NCBI GenBank assembly: GCA_037834085.1
Contig: JBBMKC010207263.1
Coordinates: forward strand, 1-45,634
From: Bipalium vagum
Taxonomy: Eukaryota
Reading direction: 5' to 3'
DNA length: 45,634 bases
Shown in pieces: positions 27,301-38,591 of this stretch. Within the stretch, counting starts at the first letter, position 1, and each line of letters begins with the position of its first letter. The notes under the pieces were generated by a model, which saw only the letters and a program-made list of their open reading frames with translations, did no database searches and was not told where the DNA came from. A program made the translations under genes and the position numbers.

Positions 27301-29504
27301 GAACGTAAATTTTACTTAAGTTGTTCACTGTAAAGTTCACCATTTATAGCATGACCATGTTGTAAAAACTCAATGAATTACACATTCACAATTCCATCAA
27401 ACACTGATCATTATTTTTCCCAAATCGATTCTTATGAAGAAAGTTGATCCTGTAATAACCAATATTAACTTTTCTCTTGATTAATAAAATAGATCCATTT
27501 TTTATATGTAGTATCAATGCGACACGAAAATCGATGAATGATTTTGAAAAGAATTTTACAGATTTATTAGTGCATTTGAGTCTGATGTTCCGTAAACTCA
27601 TTCAAATCTAATCTAAGTCGCTTAGCGTTGTATTCAAGTCTTCCCAGGTGTCACTTACTATCTTGATACATGTTTCAATCTTTTCATTTAGATTTTGTTC
27701 AGCCAGTTCTAATATTCTTCTCATTATCTTTAGTATGAGGCAATTATCAGAATCTGGTACAAAATGCATTTCATTTTAAGTCAACAGTGAATTGTACACG
27801 TAAATGAGATGGGGTTTCTAGGAGATACCTTTAAGATTAAATTTGGGTTCTTTATTCACGAACAGGTTAAAATATAAAAAATGATTTTAATGGAACATTA
27901 TGTTGACAATGTATTTTTAATATTCCAGAGCTAAGAAGAAATTGATCCATTCCATAGAATACACAAATAATCTCCATCATAATATAAAATTCACTATTGA
28001 AAATGAGAATAAAAACAAATTAACTTTTATAGACGTATTGATAATTATCGATATAATTATTATCAATTATAGTAAAAGAACAAAGAAGTAATAGATTGAA
28101 AACATTAATTTAAATAAAGAAAATAGATACTGAATTTCACACAAAATTAAAATAATTACACACATAATAATAAACTCAGAAGTTTAAAGTCCCTTGCCAT
28201 GCAGTTAGGTTTTCGTTTATTTCAGCCGATTATCAGAATTCCATTGATACCACTAAATCGTTCTAACGGGTTATTTGGTGCAATGAAAAACTTCATTGGT
28301 CTAATTAAAGTTGGTAAAAGGCGACAATTCACGGTTCTGTTTGGATATGCAAGATGGAAGATTTAGAGTCAGACGACAAATTTCAAAACGGTTTTTGGAT
28401 TGTGGCATCGTACAATAACACCATTTTAGTGGAAGCTCAATTATAGTGTGGACGACCATGTCTTCTCAACAATTAAGAAATTTGATAATGATTTCTGGCA
28501 TTTTGAATGGTGAGAGGTATGCCAAAGAAATCATTGAGAAAAACGTTGTATCTTTTATGAAACAGCAAAACAACTTTGGTTTCCAGCATGACAACGCAAG
28601 TCTTTATTAAAGCAAAATAGCAGCAATAGCATTTAATGGCCTTCGCGCTCTTCAGATTTCTTCATTATGGAGTATTTCTGGAATATACTTGTCAGGAGAT
28701 TGAAAACAGAGTATGCGGAACAACTTGATTCTCTGGAATCTTTAAAACATCGACTGAAAAATCAGTGGAACTTAATTCTTAGAGTCAAGTCTTTGTTCTA
28801 CAGTAAGCCACGCAAAATTGCGGAATGTGTTGAAATCCTAGTGATGGAAATTTTATCAATAAATGTGTTGTTGACATTTGTATATTTGTTTTTAAAAAAG
28901 TTAACTTAATAGGAATTTTAAATTTCAAATTATTGTGTTTTTTAATTATTTTCCTTCGCGGAGGGATAATTTTGGCGCACATCATAGAATGGATATAAGT
29001 AAAAAAACGGTTATTTTAACTATTTTTTAGAAAATATTTTATAACTCTGAAAATTGTAATTTTTCACAATACTCCTAAAGAAAGACATTAATCATTCGTT
29101 AATTTCGGTTTTCTCTGAATTTGCGAATTAATTTTTGGTTCCAGCTTTTTGATTAGTAATAATTCACAGATTTATCTTTCGTCGTCATTATCAATGTTAC
29201 TCATCACTATACATATCATTTTCATTCATATTTTTCTTGCATTTTTTGCAACTATCAGTGTAATGCAATACTCTTTTGTACTACCTTTTTGGGACTGTTT
29301 GCTTATTCTAGTTTTGAGGTGACGTTGTGTCTCCTCCATCTACAGATGACCACATTTATGGTATTGAAATTTATAAATGATATTATTTTGCATTGTTTGG
29401 AGTTGCTGCTAACTTTTCGCAATTACAAGGATTACCTGTAAGCCTTCTTTGTTCAGTTTTGTAGAATTAAAATCGTTTTAAGTAATCAATTTATTGGGTT
29501 ATAA

Positions 29505-29569
<65 letters not shown>

Positions 29570-29665
29570 TAATAAAATATATTTTACCTTTGTTTTTTTC
29601 AGTTTCCATTCTCCATTTTCAACGTACATATCCAAATCAACATTTTTCAATTTATCTAACTCAAC
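14475..29665 (-). CDS. Nicotinic acetylcholine receptor alpha subunit (cation-type, alpha9/10-like invertebrate group); 5'-partial, four 3' exons (~406 aa)
   Basis: Exons 29665-29588, 25065-24989, 23908-23712, 15343-14475 join in frame via GT-AG. Motifs YVENGEW, loop C YTCCPEPY, M1-M2 FCLPPDSGEKIALGITVLLAFSV, M3 IYLTTVMSMTSVSVMMTVFVLNLHHRGP, M4 EWREVAEIVDKMLFWIY. Confidence 0.93.
16348..17060 (+). mobile_element. Highly decayed Tc1-like transposase remnant
   Basis: Residual MNITIF...S.DL...E.VW (WPSxSPDLNPIENVW-like) near 16955-17020 and a Tc1-like N-terminus. Boundaries are approximate. Confidence 0.4.
17890..18260 (-). mobile_element. Tc1/mariner-superfamily (DUF4817-type HTH) transposase fragment
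   Basis: Minus-strand PTSKTMNKIFAKFKET...D..KSGR resembles the I..L..KFEETGSV.D..RSGRP HTH motif. Confidence 0.5.
18500..19250 (-). mobile_element. Decayed reverse-transcriptase fragment, probably Penelope-like
   Basis: Minus-strand TYYVDDF (RYVDD-like) near 18985 with flanking residual RT-like sequence. Heavily degenerate. Confidence 0.35.
20323..20900 (-). mobile_element. 3' part of a Tc1-family transposon
   Basis: Minus-strand YFQNDGAPC...PIENCWKVLKQKV. Terminus cagtcgtggccataa at 20326 resembles the Tc1-type CAGTCGTGGCCA end. Confidence 0.75.
21430..22220 (-). mobile_element. Two abutting decayed mariner fragments
   Basis: DNARPH and PYSLDIAPSDFHLFRS at ~22010-22130. A second, irritans-like fragment (21430-21960) has DGNI/ETWI remnants and a TIR-like gaggttggtttaaaaagttcg. 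Confidence 0.65.
22664..23272 (+). mobile_element. Internally deleted Merlin (IS1016/IS1595-related) DNA transposon
   Basis: TIRs ggatcatgtttttttgaccga / tcggtcaaaaacatggtcg. Flanking 8-mers cagatttt / aagatctt (6/8 match, degenerate TSD). Peptide remnants KMGGP and ETGAHTQRFES (Merlin TGAHTQxIE motif). Confidence 0.75.
23528..23550. repeat. (CT)n microsatellite
   Basis: About 11 CT units. Confidence 0.9.
23712..23908 (-). CDS. nAChR alpha exon encoding M1, M2 and the M2-M3 linker
   Basis: ataattag|g cgg atc ... cca ctg ata a|gtaaat; RILYFIYHVIYPCIMMSTLTLFVFCLPPDSGEKIALGITVLLAFSVLMLSIAEKLPETSESVPLI. Confidence 0.93.
24206..24850 (+). mobile_element. Decayed Tc1/mariner-superfamily (DUF4817-type) element in a nAChR intron
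   Basis: TAcagagtgtctcaaaaatg terminus typical of this group. Remnant MSVDLGHRVFL...LNLIKEFE. Confidence 0.45.
24989..25065 (-). CDS. nAChR alpha exon with loop C vicinal cysteines
   Basis: tttctag|ALRNNIVYTCCPEPYYDVTFVLYLER|gtaata. Confidence 0.93.
25734..26430 (+). mobile_element. 5' portion of a mariner element
   Basis: TAttaggatggtgc TIR start. WVSHNL (WVPHEL-like) and LIVTSDEK motifs. 3'-truncated. Confidence 0.75.
27330..27745 (-). mobile_element. Possible LTR-retrotransposon RT fragment
   Basis: Remnants LRNIRLKCTNKSVKFF and NIGYYRINF resemble gypsy RT (L.L..KC.F; LG...YYR.FI). Weak. Confidence 0.3.
27760..28060 (+). mobile_element. Penelope-like retroelement RT fragment
   Basis: MG..G, HYVDN (RYVDD) and KFTIENENKNKLTFIDVLI (the PLE FT.E.E....LPFLDV motif). 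Confidence 0.7.
28180..28986 (+). mobile_element. Decayed Tc1-family transposon, 3' part
   Basis: GSSIIVWTTMS (GGSVMVWG-like), FQHDNA, MEYFWNILVRRLK...LKHRLKNQWN. Confidence 0.75.
29220..29460 (-). mobile_element. Penelope-like GIY-YIG endonuclease fragment
   Basis: QNNIIYKFQYHKCGHL*MEETQRHLKTRISKQ (VVY...C..C...YIGET.R.L..R). Confidence 0.7.
29508..29568. repeat. (TTA)n microsatellite just inside a nAChR intron, next to the donor site
   Basis: About 20 TTA units. Confidence 0.95.
29588..29665 (-). CDS. Most 5' identifiable nAChR exon (loop F region)
   Basis: atttag|VELDKLKNVDLDMYVENGEWKLKKTK|gtaaaa; phase 0 at both ends. Confidence 0.88.
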
Positions 29666-30352
29666 CTAAATAAATTAAATATATTTATCTTAGAACAGAA
29701 AAATTAAATATAATTTAAATAAAATAAAAAAATTTATAAAATAAAAAATAATTTAATTTTTTCATTAAAACTTTTAAAATCAATAAAAGTTATAAATTTA
29801 CACAATTAAATTAGAATGACCTGAACTACATCTAAAAATTTTCATATCAGTTTTTACTTGATAAAAAATCTGCTAGAAAATTAATAATTATGTTTATTAA
29901 TTATGGGAGTTTTAATATTGATTTGTAAAATTATGAAAGTTATTTATTTTTATTATTAATTAAATTTTATTAAAGCGCATATCTCAACATTTTGAAGAAA
30001 ATTTTTTTTGGTTGGCTGTGGAAAGGATGGATCAATTGATATAAAAATGATTTAATTTTTGTTACCTTTTACATAAAAAATAGAAATCAATACTGAAAAA
30101 CCACAATTTTTAATCCCTGATATAATAATGTATACATCGGGGATTAAATTTTTCAGTTTTTGAATAAATGACAAGTAAAAGTCGTACCGACATGAGAATT
30201 TGATTTTCTCTGTTGTTACTGTAAGGATTATACATCCCCTGACAGTGAAAAATCCAATTCTAACTAAAGATTTATAATATATAAAGAATGGTATACATTT
30301 TTTTAATACTGGTTTATGATAAAATTGAATTGAGATCAAGTCTTATTTTTAT

Positions 30353-30992
30353 TATACAGAATGACCCACAGGTCACTTTCCTATTTGAAATTGATTTAAT
30401 TTTTTATTGTTTAACAAGCCACATGTTCTTTAATAAAATAAGCAAAGAAAAGTCCAGTGTTCTTTTCAACCGTTATATGAGAAAAAATTTCAAATTCAAT
30501 TTCGTTTTGGTAACTAAGTGACTGAATAAAAATCAAAGTATAATTAATCGGGTAAATCCAAACCTTGCCTGCGTAAAGATTCTTTCTCAATATCAAAAAT
30601 CACACGTCTGATTATCAAATTTAAAATGGCTGGTTCAGCACATCGGCAGAAAGGTTAAAGAAGATTAACTATCCAAAATGAAGGCTCTGGAACAGTTGCC
30701 AAAGCAGTACAAGATGTTTCAAGCGAACCTAACATTTCTATATCAAGTTTTTTCAGAATAATACTTACCCAGGTGAATCTAAAGCCATTTCAGATGCATG
30801 TTACACAGAAGATAAATTTGTCATTTCGTCTTCAACGTGTTGCGGAGAAAGAAGGTAGCCTGATTGAGCATCTATTATAACAGCATTTTAAATTCCCTGC
30901 TCATTTGTTATTGTATGTTATAAATAAATATAGTTGCCGCTATTTTGACTTCTTAAAATAAGTTTAGTGTTTTGATTATGAAAAACTCTGTT
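30353..30992 (+). mobile_element. Internally deleted DUF4817-type Tc1/mariner element
   Basis: ITRLIIKFKMAGSA (HTH) joined to the C-terminus QRVAEKEGSLIEHLL*. TAcag start. Confidence 0.6.
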
Positions 30993-31149
30993 TTATATAA
31001 TAACTTAACTTATATAGTAACCAAAAGATATTCGGAAATATTATCATCTTCACATACTATTTATGTAACTTATATTATTTATTTATTTATTATCATTTTG
31101 ATCCTAATTCTTAGCACCACTCATTATTAGCCAAAATTGTTGAAATGAA

Positions 31150-31900
31150 ATTTTTGCAAAATTTTCCATTACAACCGTGTACTCTTTATTTATTAATAAA
31201 ATCAATACCTTAATTGGTTTTCTCGTTTCGTTCAAACAATAAACGAAATTCCTCTTTGCCTTTTGTTTCAAAATTATTCTCGTATCCCTTTGACTGTATT
31301 AGTAGGATAATTGCCATCTTAATAATTGTTTTTAGTGTCTGTTCACAATAGTAAATAATTGCTTGTGCAAATAATTTGAGCGAAAAGTACTGCATTTTAT
31401 TTAATTTCCTATGCCTTCATCTCTATGGAACCAGTCCAGAAAGGTTATATCATAACAAACGTCTCACCAAGCACGATTTTTATATATTAAGTAAGATAAA
31501 TGTGGACGTCAAATGAAAAGTTTCAATAACCCAGCCTGGGACAATGGTAGACAGTCCTCTAACAAATCTTCGGTCAGCTCCTATCGGTTGATATATAACT
31601 GCGAAAAACCTAATCAAAGATGAAAACAATAAATTTTTTGACAAAATTAATGTTAAATTAATGACTGATTTTCTACTATCAAAGACGCATTCTATGATTA
31701 TCGTTTTCTTTTCTTAAAGGCAAAATGGATATTCAAGTTCCACCTTTTGTCATTACTGGGTTTGGGTTCAAGAACTGGTTTGAACAAATAAAAATTATGT
31801 ATAGCTTACCATGGCCAATTATTAAAAAATAATGATGACATTTATTTGTAATAGGTATTTTATTATTTTTATATTTTCAGAGATTTTCTAATGTTCTCGT
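31150..31900 (-). mobile_element. Possible pogo/Tigger-like fossil
   Basis: Only an FLDWFHR remnant and weak surrounding similarity. Boundaries are uncertain. Confidence 0.25.
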
Positions 31901-34449
31901 TATAATTAACAGTACCACTAATGATAATATCCATTAAAGATTTTTATTAAAATTGATGTGAGTTCATGTCTGATGAGTTTGCCAAAAGGATAATTCGAAA
32001 TAGGAGCGGCAAAAATGTCAAAAATTGAACTGAGAGAATAAGACTGAGAATATTGCAGAATTAATAATATAAAAATAATAAATAAAAGAATAATAAATCT
32101 TTTTAATCAATAATAATAATAATAATAATATTGTTAGGCTATTAAATTACTATGAACTTTGTCGTAACACTTACCTCGTAAAGTTCACTGACCTCTTCAC
32201 TTTTGTCAAAGCGTGTACGTAAATGAATGAATCAAATAAACTATGAATAACACTTTATTATCAAAGTAACAACCACAATGTCTCACTAAAGCATAATAAT
32301 CAAATCGAATTATCAATGAAATGTTTACAATCACACAATGGTAAAAGTTAAATGACTCTAGAAAATAAAATTAAAAAATAAAAGGAATCAATCAATAATC
32401 AAATAATATCAATTAAATCAAAATGTTAATTAATAAAATGTTAATTTTAAACAGAAAAGAAACATAAAATAGGATTTTTAAACTAAACCCCTAAATCTGA
32501 AAAAATTTAAATAAAATTACCATAACTTGATAATCAAATTTAATTGAATAAGTAATCAATAATAATATATTAATAAGTATAATAATAAATAATTCAATAT
32601 TTATTGAACTTAAAATTTATTGATATTTGTGAATGATTGCGATTTCTTCAGTTAATGATTTATTTTAATAATTTTTATTTGTATGACAGTCTTTTTGATT
32701 TTTCTCGAACCCGCTGCTTGATTTTCTAATATTAAAACAAAAAATATCCTTAATTAATGCAATAATTTTAAATTACATTTAAACTTTAAAATTTATTTTA
32801 AAATATTCTTAATATATTATATTTTATTTTTCAGTAAAATATGCTTGGGATATTTCAAATATCAAGAGAAATTTCTCAAATCCACATTTATATTGTATTT
32901 TTCTTTATTTAATCATAATTTATTTATTCTCATATTTTAATGTTCCCTTCTTTAAAAAAGTTATCTCATTTTTAAACATTATTTTATTTCGTAAAAACCC
33001 AAGATTGGATACCATACCAAGTTATAATTATTAAAAGAATTAATTAAAATATAAAAATAATAATTTTCCATCATATTAAACAACCAAAATACTTAATGAA
33101 ATCCATCATGATTCAAAAAATAATTGTTTTTGATAAAAAATAATTATTTATATTATTGAAAAATCAATTTGGCTAGACACGGAGGAGCTTCTTTTATTTC
33201 CTTGCCTATGAAATTGAGGCTTTGTCGTTAGGGTAAAAATATCTCCATTGTGTAATTGATATAATAAATTGCAATATTTCACCAAGGTAGACAAAAATCT
33301 GCATAAATTAATAATAAAGAATGTCTCATAATATAATTAATTTTCCATTTTCTGTGAATATCTGAGAAAATCATCCCTTGGTTGTCAAATGAAGGTTCTC
33401 TTCAAACGTGATATTTTTCATTCATTAAGTTCGATCCCTTGAAAAAATAAAATTATTTTTGTGAGTTCTGTTTGGAGAAATGATTACATTTTGACTCTTT
33501 AATAGTGGATCGCTTCTGGGGTAATGTCACTTGTTTATTATTTATTTATTAATGACCAATTTGCCTTTTACATATTTGGCAATGGATAAGTGAATAGTAT
33601 TAAAAGTCCCACAGTATTAAAAATTTCTCCTTGTGATAAATTCGTTTAGGGAAATTATTAAATATTGAGTTATATTTTTTAAAAAATAAAATTTTATAAA
33701 ATTTGACATTTATTTATTTATTTTTTCATTTTTATCAGTTAAAAAATAAAATAAAATCTAAACATAATTATATTTTGTTAAAAATATTACATTTTATAAA
33801 CTCTAGACTGAATTTTTCGTAATTATTAAAAAATTATAATGTTTTTAAATTTTTGAAATAATAAAAAAATACATGAAAATATTAAATAAATAAATAAAAT
33901 AAATAATATTTAATGATTATATTTATAATTTAACATTTTATATTATTAATAATAATATTATTTATGTTTGAATAAAAAATGAAATGTTAAAAATTGATCG
34001 TTGTGGAATATTTTTTGAAGGAAAAATAAATATTTGAGCATTATTTAATATTTTTTTGAATTTTAGATAAATAAATCTTTGAGCATTGATTTCACTACAT
34101 CAAAAATTTTATCACGAACTTTTTGATCCAAATAATTTTTGTAAATTATTAAAAAATATTTCTAAATATTTATATTTACATTATATATTAAATGAATAAA
34201 AAAACTAAAATATTAATATATATTATCTACATTATTATTGAGGTAAAAAATCCTTTTTAATTCTAAAAACTTTAAAAATATCATTTTTAAAATATTTTTA
34301 ATTATTTTTTAAAAAAAATATAATTTTTTTATTTAAAATATTAATTAAAGAAAAAATTAATCATCCATTGATTTCTGCTGTCTCCATTTTGTGGATTAAT
34401 TTTTGGTTTCAGTTTTTTAATTACTTTCGCATATTTTTCTTTCTTCATC

Positions 34450-35130
34450 GTTATCAAGGTTGGTCATTACTACACTAAACTCATTTTCATTGGAATATTT
34501 ATTTCCTTCTTTTTCTTTGCAGCTAACAGTATGATCCAATACTTCATTTGTTCTACTTTTTGAGAATGCTGACTAATTCGTATCTTTAGGTGACGTTATG
34601 TCTCCCTATGGATAGATGACCACATCCATGACATTGTATTTTGTACTCGATATTATCTTGCATTGGTTTTGGAGTCACCGCCTCCATATTTCAGTGTTGG
34701 TTGAACTGTTTTATCAGTTAATGGTTCTTCTTTCGATTTTCAACACCAAAATCGACCATTTGATCCAAATTTCATCAGACTAAATAACACGATTCCAGTC
34801 ATTAATATTCCAATACTGATGTTTTTTGAAACACTAAGCACTTTTTCTGATTCCTTATCGTAATGACTGGTTTTTTAAGCTTATGCTTTGATTGCAATCC
34901 CTTTGATATTAAGACATTTCGAATCGTTTGGGCACTTAATACCACATGCAAATCTTGATGAATCATTTCTTATGCTCTTGTAGCTGTATCAGACGTGCCA
35001 GATGTGATATCAAGGATAATATACCTTTTTTCGACTTCTGAAAGTTTGGATTTTTCGACCTCTATTGATTTATCTTGCCAATGTTATGGACTGTAGAACA
35101 ACTCATACCTAATAAGAAGATCCATTTTTA
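34450..35130 (-). mobile_element. Penelope-like element fragment (thumb/linker plus GIY-YIG), related to 29220-29460
   Basis: QDNIEYKIQCHGCGHL...RHLKIRISQHSQK. Nucleotide similarity to the 29.3-kb copy (tgtggtcatct...aacgtcacct). Confidence 0.7.
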
Positions 35131-35401
35131 AGGTACTGGATAACTTTACATACCTTATCTTTTGGAGTTGGTTTTCTTTTTAAATAAATTTGAAAATAAT
35201 AACAATGTAAACAAAATTATTTGATATTAATATATAACATTAATAGTTTAAAGTTATTAATATAATATTTTGCAACATAATAATTTGATATATGATATTA
35301 TTATACATTAATTTCATACATATTTAATTTTTTATGTTTTCAGCAAAAAAATGTTCAGTAATATAGATATGTTTTAAATTTAATAAAAATGTTCAGTGTT
35401 G

Positions 35402-35537
35402 NNNNNNNNNNNNNNNNNNNNNNNNNNNNNNNNNNNNNNNNNNNNNNNNNNNNNNNNNNNNNNNNNNNNNNNNNNNNNNNNNNNNNNNNNNNNNNNNNNN
35501 NNNNNNNNNNNNNNNNNNNNNNNNNNNNNNNNNNNNN
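35402..35537. other. Assembly gap (136 N)
   Basis: Run of N. Confidence 1.
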
Positions 35538-35843
35538 AGTACATTTTAATCCAATCCTAAAAGTATTAATACAATAAAGTTTCATGTCCTTGAAAAAAGA
35601 TTATTTTTGAACTAGAAATTATGATTTTTATAATTTAATATTTTATTTTATTTTTAAATAAAGATAAAAAATTCAAACCAATTTTTATACACCGCATATA
35701 AAAAATAATATAATATAATATAATTTAGTAAAATTTGTAAACCTTTGTTTGAGATCGCACAACTATTGAATGTTTTGTTTGTATATCTTATTTTTTCAGA
35801 AAAAAAGCTTTTGTATATAAATAAAAAAAAATAATGTTTTAGT

Positions 35844-36404
35844 TTCCACCTGGTTCCCCCAGTCAAATAAAACAATCCAAAGACCAAATTGTGTTTTGGT
35901 TCAAATCAAGTTTGATGTTTTTATTTGTTATTATTTTTCTTATTTGCTTTTATTATTTTATTATTTGTTCTCATTTACGCATTACTTCTTCTTTTTAATT
36001 TGTTTAACGATCATCTGAGAAAACTCTTCTCACTTATCTTTTGTACCTGATCACTTTGTTTGGGTTCCCTTAGGAAAAGTGCCGCTTTCCAACAAAGAGT
36101 TTATTAAAAGAAAATTCTCAATAAGTAATAAATAAATAATGAATTCACAGAGTCAAAATCGTTAAAAGAAAGAAACATAAAATCTCGAAAAATATGTTTG
36201 TTCAGAAGCTGTTGAGGCTTCGATATTCCCATACATCAACATCGATCAGTTTCTTGGGCTCTCTACCAGGCTGCTGGGGATTTTTGATATATCATATATA
36301 TTTTAATATTTTATACATCTGTTTCATTCTCTTGCTCAGGTGCTCCTTCTCAACATTTCCCAGAGAGGCACGCAGCCCGTGGCTCGGAGCATCATTTCAC
36401 TACA
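35844..36404 (-). mobile_element. Candidate LTR (~540 bp) followed by a PBS-like TGG motif
   Basis: The minus strand starts TGTAGTG, is locally GC-richer, contains AATAAA, and is followed by TGGGGGAACCAGGTGGAA. The terminal CA is imperfect and no second LTR is seen. Confidence 0.35.
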
Positions 36405-36661
36405 TTAATGTATATGAGCTGACATTTGAGAGAGTTAATTTGTTTATTTTTACTTCAAATAATCAATTAAACAAAAATTAAGCAATAAACATCGAATTAA
36501 TGACACTTTTATTAAGATAGTAATGAACTTGTTACTTTTTAATTGTAATCATTTGTTCTTAACTTCACAAGGCTTTCATTGCAAAATTTCATTAGTTTTT
36601 CTGTCATAAATTTTCCAACCGGAATTGTAAAATAATTTTTATATTATTATTTTTTTTTATA

Positions 36662-36702
<41 letters not shown>

Positions 36703-37011
36703 CATTATTAATATTTTAATATCTTAAACATGTAAATAAAGGATTAAAAAACAGTACTGAGGTGATAATTAATAATATAATAATAATTAATAATATTACT
36801 CAAAAATCATGTGTAGAAAAAAAAAGAGAAAAATAACGCAAAATATTTATATTATTTTATTAAATAAATAATAATTAATGAAATTAGAGTTTAATTTTGT
36901 AAAAATTGTGACAAAAAAGTTTTAAGGGAACAGAAAACTAATTGATTGACAAATGTAACTCAACTATACAAAGGGATTAGTTTATGAACACATTTTATAA
37001 TAATATGGTGA

Positions 37012-37029
37012 ATAATAATAATAATAATA

Positions 37030-37100
<71 letters not shown>
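37012..37100. repeat. Interrupted (AAT)n microsatellite
   Basis: About 28 AAT units with two interruptions. Confidence 0.95.
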
Positions 37101-37102
<2 letters not shown>

Positions 37103-38591
37103 TTATTAAATCTTTAATACATTTACACTCTTAGAATATGGGGAATTGAATTATTCTAATTAATAAAAATTAAATATTTTATTTAATAACGCTGAAATAT
37201 TCTAAATATTTTTAATTATTGATATGGCTTTCCCTGTTAAATATTAAATATTTTCAAATTAAAATATTAAGTTATCTTAATGAAAGATTATACAGATATT
37301 AAGAAAATCAAATTAAATATCAAGACTATGGTTGCTTTTTCAGTAGTTTTTTGAAGAATTTTTTTAAAAATAGGACAGTAAATGTTAGTAAAATTAATTT
37401 TTAAAAATAATATTTTAAAAAATTTTAACTTAAAAGTGCAAAAAATATTGATGAAATTCATTAAAAACTTGAATATATCCATATAATATTAAGTTGGAAA
37501 ATTATTGAAAATGTTTTAAGAAGGTCGATATTACAAAAAAATGAAATGGATTGAAGAAATATAAGCATACAGATATCGGAGGGTGAGTTTGGGAGTAAGT
37601 CCAAAGAGTTTAATGATGTCAGGGGAAAACGTTGTGGATGACGCGACACTTGAAATAATTCAAAAACTTGGTGGAACATTATCAATAAAATAAGTGGCAA
37701 TAATAATAACATATTGGCTTTTACCTACTTATATTAATAATACTTCATTCTGTAAAATAGTTATTACAAAGCAAAAATATTTATTCCTCTTTCTTAAAAG
37801 TTAAACCATTTATAGATGTATTCATTATCACAAATGGATTACGAACTTAATCAAACTTTTTTATGTCTATGTAAAATTTATAATGAATAATAAATAATAA
37901 AGTATTAAATAATTCTCTCTTCTACTGTTGTCAAATGTTCAATAACAATTTTATAGATAGTTTTGTAAGTATCGTTTTTCATTGATTTTATTCTTCCTAA
38001 TTACCTTCCTGTGCTTGGTTTTTCCACAAAAATATTTTTATTTGTAATCCCATCAGTTTATGTCGAATTTAATATATTTTTTTGTCTTTGCACACCTGAA
38101 TTCATCTTATTAAAAAGATAAGAAATATTAGAAAAGCAAGTTAGTTTAACAAATCATATTTGATCTCCCAACAAATAACAAAACCACCACTTTATTGTCA
38201 AACTTATGTGTGTAATATCAAGGATTCGTATTAAGTTTCCACAGATTGGAATAAATTACTGAATAAATTAAATTACTTCTTAATTTTGTATAATTCATCA
38301 TTTTAACAGATTTTCCCAGAACTATTTTCAATTTTGGTTGAAGATATTTTGTAATGGCTATTTCCAGATACAAAAAACCAGTAGGTGACTGATATATCTG
38401 CATTCATTTCTGTCACATGTACTACAAATCTTTTTAAATGTCCAGCCATAGCTGAAGCACCGTCTGTGCAAATGTAAATACATAAATTATACGAAACTCT
38501 GATTTCTTTTAAATATGAATTCTTTGTATCGAAAATACCTTTTCGGTTGTAAAATTAGATAACTCATGGCAACATAAAAATTGATTAATTA

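Noticed and set aside
32175-32357. Cys-containing frame (HCVIV...RHCGCY) as the missing nAChR Cys-loop exon
   Set aside because: Lacks C-x13-C spacing and the FPFD and W motifs, and ends in a stop before the donor.
35355-35585. ORFs spanning the N run
   Set aside because: Artefacts of the assembly gap.
37571-37724. Exon-like segment (AG...GT) reading ...FPLTSLNSLDLLPNSPSDI, resembling the carbonic anhydrase 'LLP' region
   Set aside because: Other frames give KANMLLL/IATYF, VASSTTFSPDIIKL and QTHP, collinear with the C-terminus of the surrounding hAT transposase, and no GSLTTP exon follows. Some doubt remains; RNA-seq would settle it.
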